Shown piece by piece: positions 1 through 8,618 of a DNA stretch of 64,000 nucleotides. The stretch comes from an uncultured Armatimonadetes bacterium (lineage in GTDB: Bacteria; Armatimonadota; UBA5829; DTJY01), in assembly GCA_963717145.1 (NCBI GenBank), contig OY970325.1, forward strand, positions 1,440,001 through 1,504,000. Direction: 5' to 3'. Numbering within the stretch: the stretch's first letter is position 1; the number at the start of each line of letters is the position of its first letter. The notes beneath the pieces are model-generated. The model ran no database searches. It was not told the DNA's origin and was given only the letters and a program-made list of their open reading frames with translations. Both the position numbers and the translations under genes were made by a program.

Positions 1-493
1 CGTATCCTGCACCAACGACGCTTGTGGCATCGATGTATCTCTCGTAGTCACTCGTGGTGTCAAGCACGCCAGTGATGTGCACCTTCTCGCCGATGCTAAC
101 CCTGTTAGTCCAGGCAATGCGAATACCGGATGACCTGTCTTCTTCTTCGATATAGAAGAAATCACCCAACTCGTCTGTTCCGGCTGTCACAGGCTTGCCG
201 AATATGCTTAGCAGGCCGTCGTAGCTCCCGATAGCCTTAAGCGCGCCTGCCGACGCAACATAGGTTGACGCCGCTCCGGAATGCCAAACGCCATGCTCCA
301 GCAGTAGTCCGCCGCCGGAGGATTGCCCGACGATCGCTTGAGCGATCGTATCCGTGACGCAAGGCGATGATCCTCTCGCAACGGCTCCCGTGCCCGGGTT
401 GAAACTGCCGGTCAGCAGTGTAGGGCCCGCATCGCACGTCGGATACGCCAGAACCAGGAACAACATGGACAGAAATGCCGAGTATCTCCACAT
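1..493 (-). CDS. Secreted protein with OB-fold-like module of Armatimonadota type; partial, runs off window start
   Basis: Not in ORF track. GGAGGAGG RBS then ATG at 493; open to window edge: MWRYSAFLSMLFLVLAYPTCDAG...GDFFYIEEEDRSSGIRIAWTNRVSIGEKVHITGVLDT. Confidence 0.75.
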   Translation of the reverse strand, partial: MWRYSAFLSMLFLVLAYPTCDAGPTLLTGSFNPGTGAVARGSSPCVTDTIAQAIVGQSSGGGLLLEHGVWHSGAASTYVASAGALKAIGSYDGLLSIFGKPVTAGTDELGDFFYIEEEDRSSGIRIAWTNRVSIGEKVHITGVLDTTSDYERYIDATSVVGAGY

Positions 494-514
494 GACAGAC
501 CTCCTCCTGGGATG

Positions 515-1621
515 CTAGAGCTTCATGATAAATGCAAGCGCGTAGTAGGGCGGGCGGACATCAATGCCATTCGATAGCTTGCTATCGGTGCCTCTGTCAC
601 TTGGCCCCCCGCTCTGTGTCCTGCTGCCGCCACCAGTCTGACCGCTGCTTGCCCCAGCAGTGCTCCCGTTTGAAGGGCCTTCTGTGTTGAATGTGTGGTA
701 GTGCTCTACGAATGAGGCGTAGTAGTCCTGATCCTGCCCAGTCCACACCCCGTTACCGCTGCCACGACCTGTGTTTGCGTAGTGGGTGTGATACATGCCA
801 TGAGTGTGGTCCATTCCATGTGTGTGATCCATCTCATGCGTATGATTGTTGATCGTATGGCTGTGGCTGAGGTTCAGGACCACATTCGCGCCATTCCCAG
901 TTGATCCAGCCGGGTAGCCGCTGCCAGCGGCCACGATGAACTTATCCTGCAGGTTCGGCGTACCGTTCTGCCCATTGCATAGCGCCCAACCCGATGGAGG
1001 AGTTGCTCCCGACCACATCACGATCACGCCTGTAGGAATAGCTGCATCCGGCGCAAGCTTCTGGCCTGTAACCGAGCCGTTTGCAAGCTTATCGGTGGTG
1101 ACTGCCTGTGCTGCCAACTTGCCAGTCGTCACCCCTGCATCCGCGAGTTTGCCTGTGGCAACTGACTGATCCGCCATCTTAACAGAGGTTACAGCTCCAT
1201 CTGCGAGCTTCGTTACCGTGATCGAGCCATCGACCACGGTCCTGGATATCTGTGCGAACGCGGCACTGGCAATCTTCTGTCTTGGTGACAACTCCGATGC
1301 CGTGCCGATCGCTACTCCGAACCATCGGTCCGGCCCGTCAAACAGGCCGGGTGTGAAGCTAGTCCCACTACCCAGCAGCACGCTGAACAGCCCGCCCTTC
1401 ACCTGAACACTGGTGTTGGTCTCTGACCACAACTGCGTGCCACCGGTTTCCGCATCATAGATCGCGAACGTCATGTTGCACGTTCCATCTGCCACCGGAA
1501 TTCCGGATGACTCCATCAACTTTCCCTGGTAGGAGATCACGGTTGGTACATCAGCAAGAACGGTTGCCGATGTCAAGACCATGAGAGCAGCAAATACGCA
1601 GATCAGTTTCCTGAACATCAT
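515..1621 (-). CDS. Secreted phage tail-fibre-like protein (tail collar domain, HxH tip repeats)
   Basis: Start moved to MMFRKL after AAAGGA RBS; signal peptide; ISYQGKL N-domain; six 10-aa KLADG-type repeats; collar motif IPTGVIVMWSG..PSGWALCNG..GTPNL; six HxH; ends RPPYYALAFIMKL. Confidence 0.8.
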   Translation of the reverse strand: MMFRKLICVFAALMVLTSATVLADVPTVISYQGKLMESSGIPVADGTCNMTFAIYDAETGGTQLWSETNTSVQVKGGLFSVLLGSGTSFTPGLFDGPDRWFGVAIGTASELSPRQKIASAAFAQISRTVVDGSITVTKLADGAVTSVKMADQSVATGKLADAGVTTGKLAAQAVTTDKLANGSVTGQKLAPDAAIPTGVIVMWSGATPPSGWALCNGQNGTPNLQDKFIVAAGSGYPAGSTGNGANVVLNLSHSHTINNHTHEMDHTHGMDHTHGMYHTHYANTGRGSGNGVWTGQDQDYYASFVEHYHTFNTEGPSNGSTAGASSGQTGGGSRTQSGGPSDRGTDSKLSNGIDVRPPYYALAFIMKL

Positions 1622-2012
1622 CGTCCTTTCCATATCCTTTCTCTTCTGCAAACATTGCTTACCGGTTAAGTAGAATAGTCGTAGCAGTGCTAAACGGCAC
1701 ATACCTTGCGGCTGCGCCTGGCCAACGCAAACATTGGCCGACTCATATAGATGTCCGAGCGATGTTCTTCGTTCCGCATCCCCCCTCTCATGGAGAAATA
1801 CATCGGGATCTTTGGACTGAATATGCAGTATGGAACAGCGTGCATTGCCCAGCATTTGCCGAGCAACAAGATATAGCGAGGAAACAGCAGTCGGCGATGG
1901 CCCGTCGGCCGATGTCGTTGATGGGGCACACTTGCGGAACAACATCGCGCGTCGTGGTGATTTGAGCGCAATAAGGATCGTCTCACACCGTGACGGCGAT
2001 CTACCCTAAGCT

Positions 2013-2042
2013 AGTATAACTAACGGCAAACGGGCTTGTCAA
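2013..2042 (-). promoter_or_regulatory. Sigma-70 promoter candidate for tail-fibre-like operon
   Basis: TTGACA-N18-TATACT on minus strand. Confidence 0.55.
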
Positions 2043-2183
2043 GGACCCTAACACCAAGATTGCCCGGTAAATATACCAGTTTTTCGTAAGAAGTTGAGGG
2101 ACAGGACGGTTCACCATCCGACACAGTTCCGCTGTGGGTGCCTGCCCGTGAAGGAGACGCTCCCGTGGGTTCTCCCATCGCTT

Positions 2184-2393
2184 TCAGAGCGGCACGATGT
2201 CCGACTGGGTGAGGACGAGGAGGCCGGATGCCTCGACGAGGGCGGTGACCTTCACGAAGGGGAGACCGTCGGGCGGGGCGATGCCGGGGAGATATGAGAC
2301 CGGGAGGTCGCCGGGGATGTTCGAGCCGTCGGTGAGGAAGAACTTGCCGGTGCCGTGCGCGGAGACCTTCCCGATCACCGTCACCGCAGCCAT
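2184..2393 (-). CDS. Small stand-alone OB-fold-like protein or gene remnant
   Basis: 69 aa VTVIGKV..FFLTDGS..PP..VKVT..DIV pattern; overlaps thuA-like stop; weak RBS. Confidence 0.45.
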   Translation of the reverse strand: MAAVTVIGKVSAHGTGKFFLTDGSNIPGDLPVSYLPGIAPPDGLPFVKVTALVEASGLLVLTQSDIVPL

Positions 2394-3028
2394 CCCCCAT
2401 CAACCATCCCCTCCGCTGCCCAGATCGTGCCTCGGACGAGGAGTGGCGCGAACTGTTCGTGACGGCAGCACTCGGGCGTGTGGCCGAGGGCGAGGTAGTA
2501 CACCCTCCCCTGCCCCCAGCTCTTCGTCCAGATCACCGGCTCGGCCTTACCCTCGAAGAGCGCCGACGCCAGCACCATCACGCGCGGATCGTAGTCCATG
2601 ATGTACTGCTCGTCCTCGACGAAGAATTCGACGATGCCTTGGGTGATCGGGTGCTCCGAATCCACCACGCTCACCTGATACATCCTCGGCTTCGGATGAG
2701 TCGTGAAGAGCCCGCCGAGCATGCAGTGGAACTCGGCGCACTCCTTGAACGAGGCCGACGCCGAATGGATGCCGACGAACCCCTTCCCACCGGCGACGAA
2801 CCGCAGCATGCCGTCCCTCTGCGCGTCGGTCACCTCGCCTCGGGTGTAGTAGAGAGCCAACGCATCGTAGCGGTCCAACCCTCCGCCCTCGAGCACGGAC
2901 AAGTCGTCGTGGACGCGGGTCACGTCGAAGCGGCCATCCCCTCGAAGGATCCGCTCGATCTCGTCGCCACAGCCCAGGGAATCGTGGACGCCTCCACCGC
3001 TCAGTACAAGAGTCTTTATGCCTGCCAT
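2381..3028 (-). CDS. ThuA-like domain protein
   Basis: LVLSGGGVH, GKGFVGIHSAS, DEQY, WTKSWGQGRVYYLALGH; GGGAGA RBS before MAGIKT. Confidence 0.85.
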   Translation of the reverse strand: MAGIKTLVLSGGGVHDSLGCGDEIERILRGDGRFDVTRVHDDLSVLEGGGLDRYDALALYYTRGEVTDAQRDGMLRFVAGGKGFVGIHSASASFKECAEFHCMLGGLFTTHPKPRMYQVSVVDSEHPITQGIVEFFVEDEQYIMDYDPRVMVLASALFEGKAEPVIWTKSWGQGRVYYLALGHTPECCRHEQFAPLLVRGTIWAAEGMVDGGWLR

Positions 3029-3112
3029 GACCAATCTCCCAACCGATGTAGTGCTTGACCGTTCGCAGCCAGAGCGATCTCACCGCTGCCAATCTCCGAC
3101 TTATCCGCGCGA

Positions 3113-3129
3113 TTGGCACGAATCTTGCA
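3113..3129 (+). promoter_or_regulatory. Sigma-54 (-24/-12) promoter
   Basis: TTGGCACGAATCTTGCA matches YTGGCACGRNNNTTGCW consensus exactly. Confidence 0.8.
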
Positions 3130-3197
3130 GTAATACAGAGTATAGAGGGACTCGGCAGGCGATCCTGCCAGGGTCCTCAGGAGAAGGAGTGAGTTAA

Positions 3198-3287
3198 ATG
3201 AAGATCATCGCCACCCTGATTGCACTTGCCCTCGTGCTCTTCCTGGTCGAGACTGCTCAGGCCGTGACCACCTGGATCAGCTTCTAG
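3198..3287 (+). CDS. 29-aa signal-peptide ORF, putative secreted peptide precursor
   Basis: AAGGAG RBS; MKIIATLIALALVLFLVETAQA|VTTWISF; below ORF-track size cutoff. Confidence 0.7.
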   Translation: MKIIATLIALALVLFLVETAQAVTTWISF

Positions 3288-3303
3288 CGGGAGGCCGCTG
3301 ACG

Positions 3304-3330
3304 CGGGAGGCCGTTGAAGACCTCCCCTAC
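3304..3330 (-). repeat. GTAG-family REP
   Basis: GTAGGGGAGGTCTTCAACGGCCTCCCG; related copies at 15243, 35784, 43319, 62281. Confidence 0.8.
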
Positions 3331-4097
3331 GTTCTGAGGCCATTCAACACCTTCACCAGGTTATCGCAATAGGCACGGAGCGCGAGCACATCCGCGCCCA
3401 TCGCCAGGAACCGATAACCCATGTCCACGTATTCTTGCGCGTTCTCGGGGGTTGAAGTCGTCCCCGCGAACTTCCCATGCCTGAGGCACACATCGGCCAC
3501 GCGCTTGCGTGTTTCGATCAACTTCGGATGGCTGAAGTCGCCCGGCGCACCGATCCCCTGGCTGAAATCCGCCGGCCCGAAGAAGATGATGTCGATTCCC
3601 TCCAGTTGAGCGATCTCCTCCAGGTCATCCAGCGGCTCGGGATCCTCGATCTGCACCGCGAGGAATCTGTTTCTGTTCGTGAAGGCCAAATACTCCTGGA
3701 AGTCACCGCCGCAGTACTCGCCGTCTGCATTCCCGCTATCCACCGGCCGCCTTCCGATCGGATGGAAGCGCGTCATCCGCACGACGTTCCTTGCGTCTTC
3801 CAGGCTCATTATGTGCGGCACCATGATACCGGCTGCATCCATCTCCAGCGGCCTGATGTAGTCGCTGTATCCGCCCCGAGAGACGCGCACCATCACGTCG
3901 CAGTTCTGTGACTTGGCGGCATAGACCTGCTGCTCGACGACGGAAATGTCGTTCGGCACGTGCTCCATATCCGCCCAGATCGCGTCATATCCGGCCAGAG
4001 CAGCGATCTCGGCGGCACGCGCGCTCTCCAGGTTGAGCTTGAAGATGTTCGCTACTTCGCCTGCGCGAAGTCTATCAAGGATACGGCTTGTACGCAT
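3327..4097 (-). CDS. HpcH/HpaI aldolase family protein
   Basis: WADMEH, GIMVPHI, VQIED, FFGPADFS motifs. Confidence 0.9.
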   Translation of the reverse strand: MRTSRILDRLRAGEVANIFKLNLESARAAEIAALAGYDAIWADMEHVPNDISVVEQQVYAAKSQNCDVMVRVSRGGYSDYIRPLEMDAAGIMVPHIMSLEDARNVVRMTRFHPIGRRPVDSGNADGEYCGGDFQEYLAFTNRNRFLAVQIEDPEPLDDLEEIAQLEGIDIIFFGPADFSQGIGAPGDFSHPKLIETRKRVADVCLRHGKFAGTTSTPENAQEYVDMGYRFLAMGADVLALRAYCDNLVKVLNGLRT

Positions 4098-4133
4098 ATT
4101 CTCTACTCCCGACTGTAAGGTGAAGCGTTGGCT

Positions 4134-4204
4134 GGGTCACCGGAGTACAACTCCGGTGACAACAGGCGAGGAGGGTTGTCACCGGAGTTGTACTCCGGTG
4201 ACCC
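4134..4204. repeat. Paired palindromic repeat (BIME-like)
   Basis: Two inverted copies of GTCACCGGAGT-ACA-ACTCCGGTGAC forming 30-bp arms. Confidence 0.8.
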
Positions 4205-4262
4205 GAGCCATCCGGCGTTATGTTAGGCGTACAGCCGGCTATTTCCTTGCTGACCTCCGAGT

Positions 4263-5222
4263 TCAGGCCATGCCCTTCTCGAGCCCGACCAGGTTCAGGA
4301 AGTCGTACTCGTGGACGAAACGGCGCAGATCATCCAACTTGGCGATCGCGAGACCGACGACCGTATCCGCCGCGCCATAGTACATCCAGACCTCATCACC
4401 GCGCTGAACGGTGCCGCATGTGAAGACTACGTTCGCAAGGAGACCGTGGATCTCATATTCCGCCTCCGGGGCAAATACCCATTCGGATGCGCGTCTGAGA
4501 ACCTTACGTGGATCGTCCTTGTCCAGGAGCGCCAGCCCGAGTCTGTATGTCGGCGATCCGGCAATCTCCTTAACACCGTGGAAGATAAGCAGCCAACCGT
4601 CGTCGGTCCTGATCGGAGGAGCCCCCACACCGACTCTGACACCGTCCCACCAGGGTCCGCCTCTTTCCGGGAGAAGCAGGCCGGGCTGCGTCCAACTGTC
4701 GAGGTCGTTGTACGACGTAGCGTACCAGATATGCTCCTGCCCGCCGGTCACCGGCCTGTGCAGCATGATCCACGAGCCGTCGAAGCACTGCGGAATCACG
4801 AGGGCGTCCTTATTGGTCGGAGAGAGCATGACCCCGAGCCGATTCACAGACTCGAAATCGGTGGTAGTCGCCAGTGCCACCGCCGGCCCGTATCGCGAAT
4901 ATGCGGTGTAGGCGATGACCCATTCGCCGGGACGGTACTCGGTGACCCTGGCATCTTCGCAGCCCCACTCCTCGAACGGGTTCTCCGGCTGGTCGGGTTC
5001 CAGTAGCGCCTTGTCCGAGATCCGCCAGTTATCGACGCCATTCGCGCTCCGAGCCACGCGTATGTGAGAGATCCCCTGCCTGTTCTCGATTCGGAGAAGC
5101 AAGATGACCTCTCCGTTGACCTCGACTGCGCCCGGATTCAGGACCGCATTCGCGCGGAGAGACAGCGTGCGTGGCGTGATCAGCGGGTTCATCCGGTGGC
5201 GAACAAAGATGTCTTTTTCCAT
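4263..5222 (-). CDS. GH130-like glycosidase/phosphorylase (beta-propeller)
   Basis: NPGA, GCEDAR, NKDA, HRP, VVFTCG, YYGAAD; start MEKDIF after GGAGAG. Confidence 0.85.
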   Translation of the reverse strand: MEKDIFVRHRMNPLITPRTLSLRANAVLNPGAVEVNGEVILLLRIENRQGISHIRVARSANGVDNWRISDKALLEPDQPENPFEEWGCEDARVTEYRPGEWVIAYTAYSRYGPAVALATTTDFESVNRLGVMLSPTNKDALVIPQCFDGSWIMLHRPVTGGQEHIWYATSYNDLDSWTQPGLLLPERGGPWWDGVRVGVGAPPIRTDDGWLLIFHGVKEIAGSPTYRLGLALLDKDDPRKVLRRASEWVFAPEAEYEIHGLLANVVFTCGTVQRGDEVWMYYGAADTVVGLAIAKLDDLRRFVHEYDFLNLVGLEKGMA

Positions 5223-5274
5223 GGGTAGCACTCTCCGTTAGGTGACCTGAGCTACCTGTTCTTACCCAGATTGC

Positions 5275-7413
5275 TCACTTCCGCCACTCGACCTTGTCGC
5301 CGCCGATGACGCGTGTCAGGATCGGCTGATCGTCCTTCACCCGAACAAGCGCGAATCGGCCGTCGGTGACCAGCGGACTCCCCTGCTCCACCCTGCCCGT
5401 GTAGATGTAGTCCGTGACGCCGTCGTGCGCGACCCTCACGAGCCCGTGATCGAGTCCGCACACGGTGTAGAGCTTCCCCTCGTACGGATAGAGCACGGAC
5501 GTGAAGACTGCCTCCCTCCCCGTCTTCCGGGCGACGATGAGCGGCACCTTCCGGTTGAGCGCTTCCGCCGGGCACTTGCAGTCAGCCACCGAATACCTGC
5601 CCTCGTCGAGCATGAAGAGCCCGAGCCCCTGATCGCCGCTCTCCCATCGCGCCTGCCACTTCCCATCGGCCTGATGCGTCGTCACCGATTCTACGAAGGC
5701 ATACTTCGGCGGATCGGAGGATTCCGTCGGCAACAGGCCTGTGGAGAGGTCGCCCTCCGATCGGAGGAACCAGTCGTAGGTGTGCTCAGAATCGCTCGTG
5801 AGGCTATCGATCATCACGTAGTATCCGTCCACCCGGACGATCGTCCGCCGGTGGAGAACTCCTGGGTACGCTTCCTCGGTTTCGCCCTCCGCGACCTCGA
5901 AGACCTCGTCACCCTCGAAGCAGGTCAGCCGCCGTTCCTTCGTGGCGGCCTGATTCCTCCCATCGACGACCACCGTGTTGTGCGCCGGGGTGCTCTTGTA
6001 CCAGGCAAGCGCAGCGGAACCGTAGCCGCAGGTCCCATAGTCAGCCACCAGTAGCTTCCCGTTCGCCCAGAGCGTGATACCCATCTTGTCAGGCTGGCCG
6101 TGGCCGAGGTAGGGCCCGTAGTCGAACGTGAGCATGCTCTTGTCGCCCGAACGGAGAGTCGCAATCCCGAGGACCGGATAGTCGATCGAATCGAACTCGG
6201 GCTTCGGGCACTCACACTCCAGGCTATCGCCTTTCAGGAATGCCCACAAGCCGGTGCGGTCTGCCTTTCTGAGCGCATAACCCTCCTTGAGCGCCCAGCC
6301 GATCGCCGGATCTCCGGTTCGCAGGTAGGCCAGCTCATACTGATCGAGCGGCAGAAACACGTCGAACCATCCGTCGTTGATCGCGGGCAGCCGCGTGTCG
6401 GGGTACATGTAGCCAAGTGGAGCGGTGAACATCGCCTTGAGGCTCTTGCCGGGCCTCGCCTCCCAGTGGAAGAGATCCGTACCATTGTGATATGCCGCCT
6501 CCGCGAGGTAGAGGAACGCCGCAAGCGGATAGAAGTGATACGTGTGCACCGATTCCGGCCACAGGCCGTCGTCGCCGAGCTGATTGGTGATCTGCGACTT
6601 GAAGCTCGTGATCGCATAGTCGATCAGCTCCTGGTCGCCGATCGCGTACCCGATCACGCCGGTCGCCGATAGGTGCCATGAGCCCCAGTTGCCGCCGAGG
6701 CCCATGTTCTTGAGCCCGGTGGCCACCGGTCGGAACAGCTTGCCCTCGATCTTCTCCCGCAGCTCAGGTGTCATTGCTGGGGAATCGTAGACGAGGTCGT
6801 AGGCCCACGCGAGCGGAATCGACCACACCGATTCGCAGAGCGACTGGTACATAATGCCGCCTTGGACATTGGACGTATGCGGGCCGGGATAGGCGTCGGC
6901 GTACTTCGAGAGGATCTCGACCGCCTTCGACGCGTACCGGGTGTCGCCCTCGATCGCATATGTCAGCGCCAGGTCGAACGCCGCGCGGGAGAGCCCGTTG
7001 TGGGCCCACCACCGAACGCCGCCATCATACCGCTCGCCCTGGTAGACTTTCCCGCAGGCCGGGCATTTGTAGCCCTCAGGATGCTCTTTCATGTCCTGAG
7101 GGACTTCGAGCTGATTGCCGTCACTGCAGAAGAAGTTGTGGAAATGGCCGCTCCGTGCGGGGATGACGATCTCCCGCCCGAGCCACGCGTCGGCGTCGGT
7201 CTTCACGCCGGAACCGAGCCTGAGGGCATGTGAGTTCGGGGCCGAGAGGTAGACATCACGCTTCCAACCGTCGGCCCGGACCTCCTGCCTCAGCCTGGTG
7301 ATCTCCTCCGCGCTCAGGAGTATGCGGGGACTTGTGTGGGAAGCGCCGGCATTCGATGCGAGTATGCATGCGCCGAGTCCGATGACGAGCGCGAGTCCTT
7401 GCCATGAAATCAT
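5275..7413 (-). CDS. Secreted heparinase II/III-family polysaccharide lyase with alginate-lyase-like N domain
   Basis: Signal peptide; NWGSW, DGLWPE..YHFY, GHGQPDK, AHNTVVVDG. Confidence 0.85.
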   Translation of the reverse strand: MISWQGLALVIGLGACILASNAGASHTSPRILLSAEEITRLRQEVRADGWKRDVYLSAPNSHALRLGSGVKTDADAWLGREIVIPARSGHFHNFFCSDGNQLEVPQDMKEHPEGYKCPACGKVYQGERYDGGVRWWAHNGLSRAAFDLALTYAIEGDTRYASKAVEILSKYADAYPGPHTSNVQGGIMYQSLCESVWSIPLAWAYDLVYDSPAMTPELREKIEGKLFRPVATGLKNMGLGGNWGSWHLSATGVIGYAIGDQELIDYAITSFKSQITNQLGDDGLWPESVHTYHFYPLAAFLYLAEAAYHNGTDLFHWEARPGKSLKAMFTAPLGYMYPDTRLPAINDGWFDVFLPLDQYELAYLRTGDPAIGWALKEGYALRKADRTGLWAFLKGDSLECECPKPEFDSIDYPVLGIATLRSGDKSMLTFDYGPYLGHGQPDKMGITLWANGKLLVADYGTCGYGSAALAWYKSTPAHNTVVVDGRNQAATKERRLTCFEGDEVFEVAEGETEEAYPGVLHRRTIVRVDGYYVMIDSLTSDSEHTYDWFLRSEGDLSTGLLPTESSDPPKYAFVESVTTHQADGKWQARWESGDQGLGLFMLDEGRYSVADCKCPAEALNRKVPLIVARKTGREAVFTSVLYPYEGKLYTVCGLDHGLVRVAHDGVTDYIYTGRVEQGSPLVTDGRFALVRVKDDQPILTRVIGGDKVEWRK

Positions 7414-7503
7414 GAGGATACCTTCCTGCGTGCGAACGTTACTGTCAGGTTCACTGAGGAACGGGGTGAAACCTGCTGAATACGCCGTGGCGCAGGCCCG
7501 GGG

Positions 7504-7845
7504 TCACGAGATCCATTTCGTGGATCTGAAGATCCTCACCGTACCGACGAAGTGCCAAGCATCCACGGTGAATCCACCCCACCCCCATCGTCCGGCCACC
7601 TGGTACTCGTAGTGGTCCACTGTGACCAACGGCAGTATCGCATACGAAGCGCCAAATCGGAGTCTTGGGTGGTGTTCCCCGACTGTCTCCGGTAAGCGGC
7701 GAATCGCTTGTTTGTAGCCGCTTATGGTTCGGCCCGCGATCGCAGTATGCACGGCGGGTATCCCCCATATCCATGTCGCCGCATACAGAACGAGAAGCAG
7801 GCAAAGCGCGTACCGTTTCGCGGAGATCAAGGCCCGGTGTTGCAT
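7504..7845 (-). CDS. Hypothetical membrane-anchored protein
   Basis: GAGGAGG RBS; N-terminal hydrophobic helix. Confidence 0.6.
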   Translation of the reverse strand: MQHRALISAKRYALCLLLVLYAATWIWGIPAVHTAIAGRTISGYKQAIRRLPETVGEHHPRLRFGASYAILPLVTVDHYEYQVAGRWGWGGFTVDAWHFVGTVRIFRSTKWIS

Positions 7846-7911
7846 GCGACCCTCCTCATTGCTAGACTCCCGCCCAGTGCTGTATAGCTAAGGGAGCGAT
7901 GGACAAGCGGA

Positions 7912-8535
7912 TCACGGACGGCTGGTCCACCACCAGGTGTATGCGTAGATGTGCCAGAACAAGCCCGCAATCAGAGCATAGGACAGGCCGTTTGCGATCC
8001 ATGCCCACCGCGCTGCGCGGGTTCTACTCGCCCTCCCCAAGATCTTCACGGCAACCCGCCACTCGACCCAGACGGACAGCAGGAAGAAAGGAATCAACAG
8101 CACGCTCCAATAGAGCCAGACGTGCATCTGGTGGCCGAATGGACCCCAGCCGACCATCGGCAGTTCGGTCACGGCTATTGCCAGCTTCTGCACCGCTGTA
8201 CCATTCTGCCAGGCCGCAACGGAATCGTGCGAGTGGCGTACAATGGACGCGAAACTTGACGCCACCGGAGAGAGACTCCAGACCAGTAGCCACTTGAATG
8301 GGATTCCCGCGAGTGTCGAGAGCACATTGCCAAAGAGCGTGATCTTCGCTGCCGTTCCTACCTTCCAGCGAAACACGAAGATGCCCACCGCGCCCTCGAA
8401 CAGCATCACGATCGGCAGCACGAGCCATAGTCCGGGATGGACGCACGCGATCAGAGGAATGCCGGCATCGGCGAACGCAGGAGTCGCCACAAGTATGCCA
8501 ACGGCGCATACGGCCATCAGCGTCCATCTACGCAT
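7912..8535 (-). CDS. Hypothetical multi-pass membrane protein
   Basis: GGGAGG RBS before MRRWTL; signal-like AFA|DAG; about 4-5 TM segments. Confidence 0.7.
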   Translation of the reverse strand: MRRWTLMAVCAVGILVATPAFADAGIPLIACVHPGLWLVLPIVMLFEGAVGIFVFRWKVGTAAKITLFGNVLSTLAGIPFKWLLVWSLSPVASSFASIVRHSHDSVAAWQNGTAVQKLAIAVTELPMVGWGPFGHQMHVWLYWSVLLIPFFLLSVWVEWRVAVKILGRASRTRAARWAWIANGLSYALIAGLFWHIYAYTWWWTSRP

Positions 8536-8564
8536 CGTTGCCCTCCCGGTGTGCGCCATATTCT

Positions 8565-8593
8565 TAGACTGCCATGGACAAGCGGGCGTTCCC
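8565..8593 (-). promoter_or_regulatory. ECF-sigma-like promoter candidate
   Basis: GGGAAC-N18-GTCTA, same geometry as 9559-9587. Confidence 0.4.
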
Positions 8594-8618
8594 AGAGCCA
8601 TCGCCCCCCCGCAGTCAC

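Noticed and set aside
237-491. 84-aa ORF from track
   Set aside because: Wrong frame; the RBS points to ATG 493 in a frame open to the window edge
515-1621. Prophage
   Set aside because: No integrase, capsid, terminase or lysis genes in the window, and the fibre has a signal peptide
1622-1945. N-terminal extension of the 476-aa ORF
   Set aside because: RBS and signal peptide indicate a start at 1621/1618
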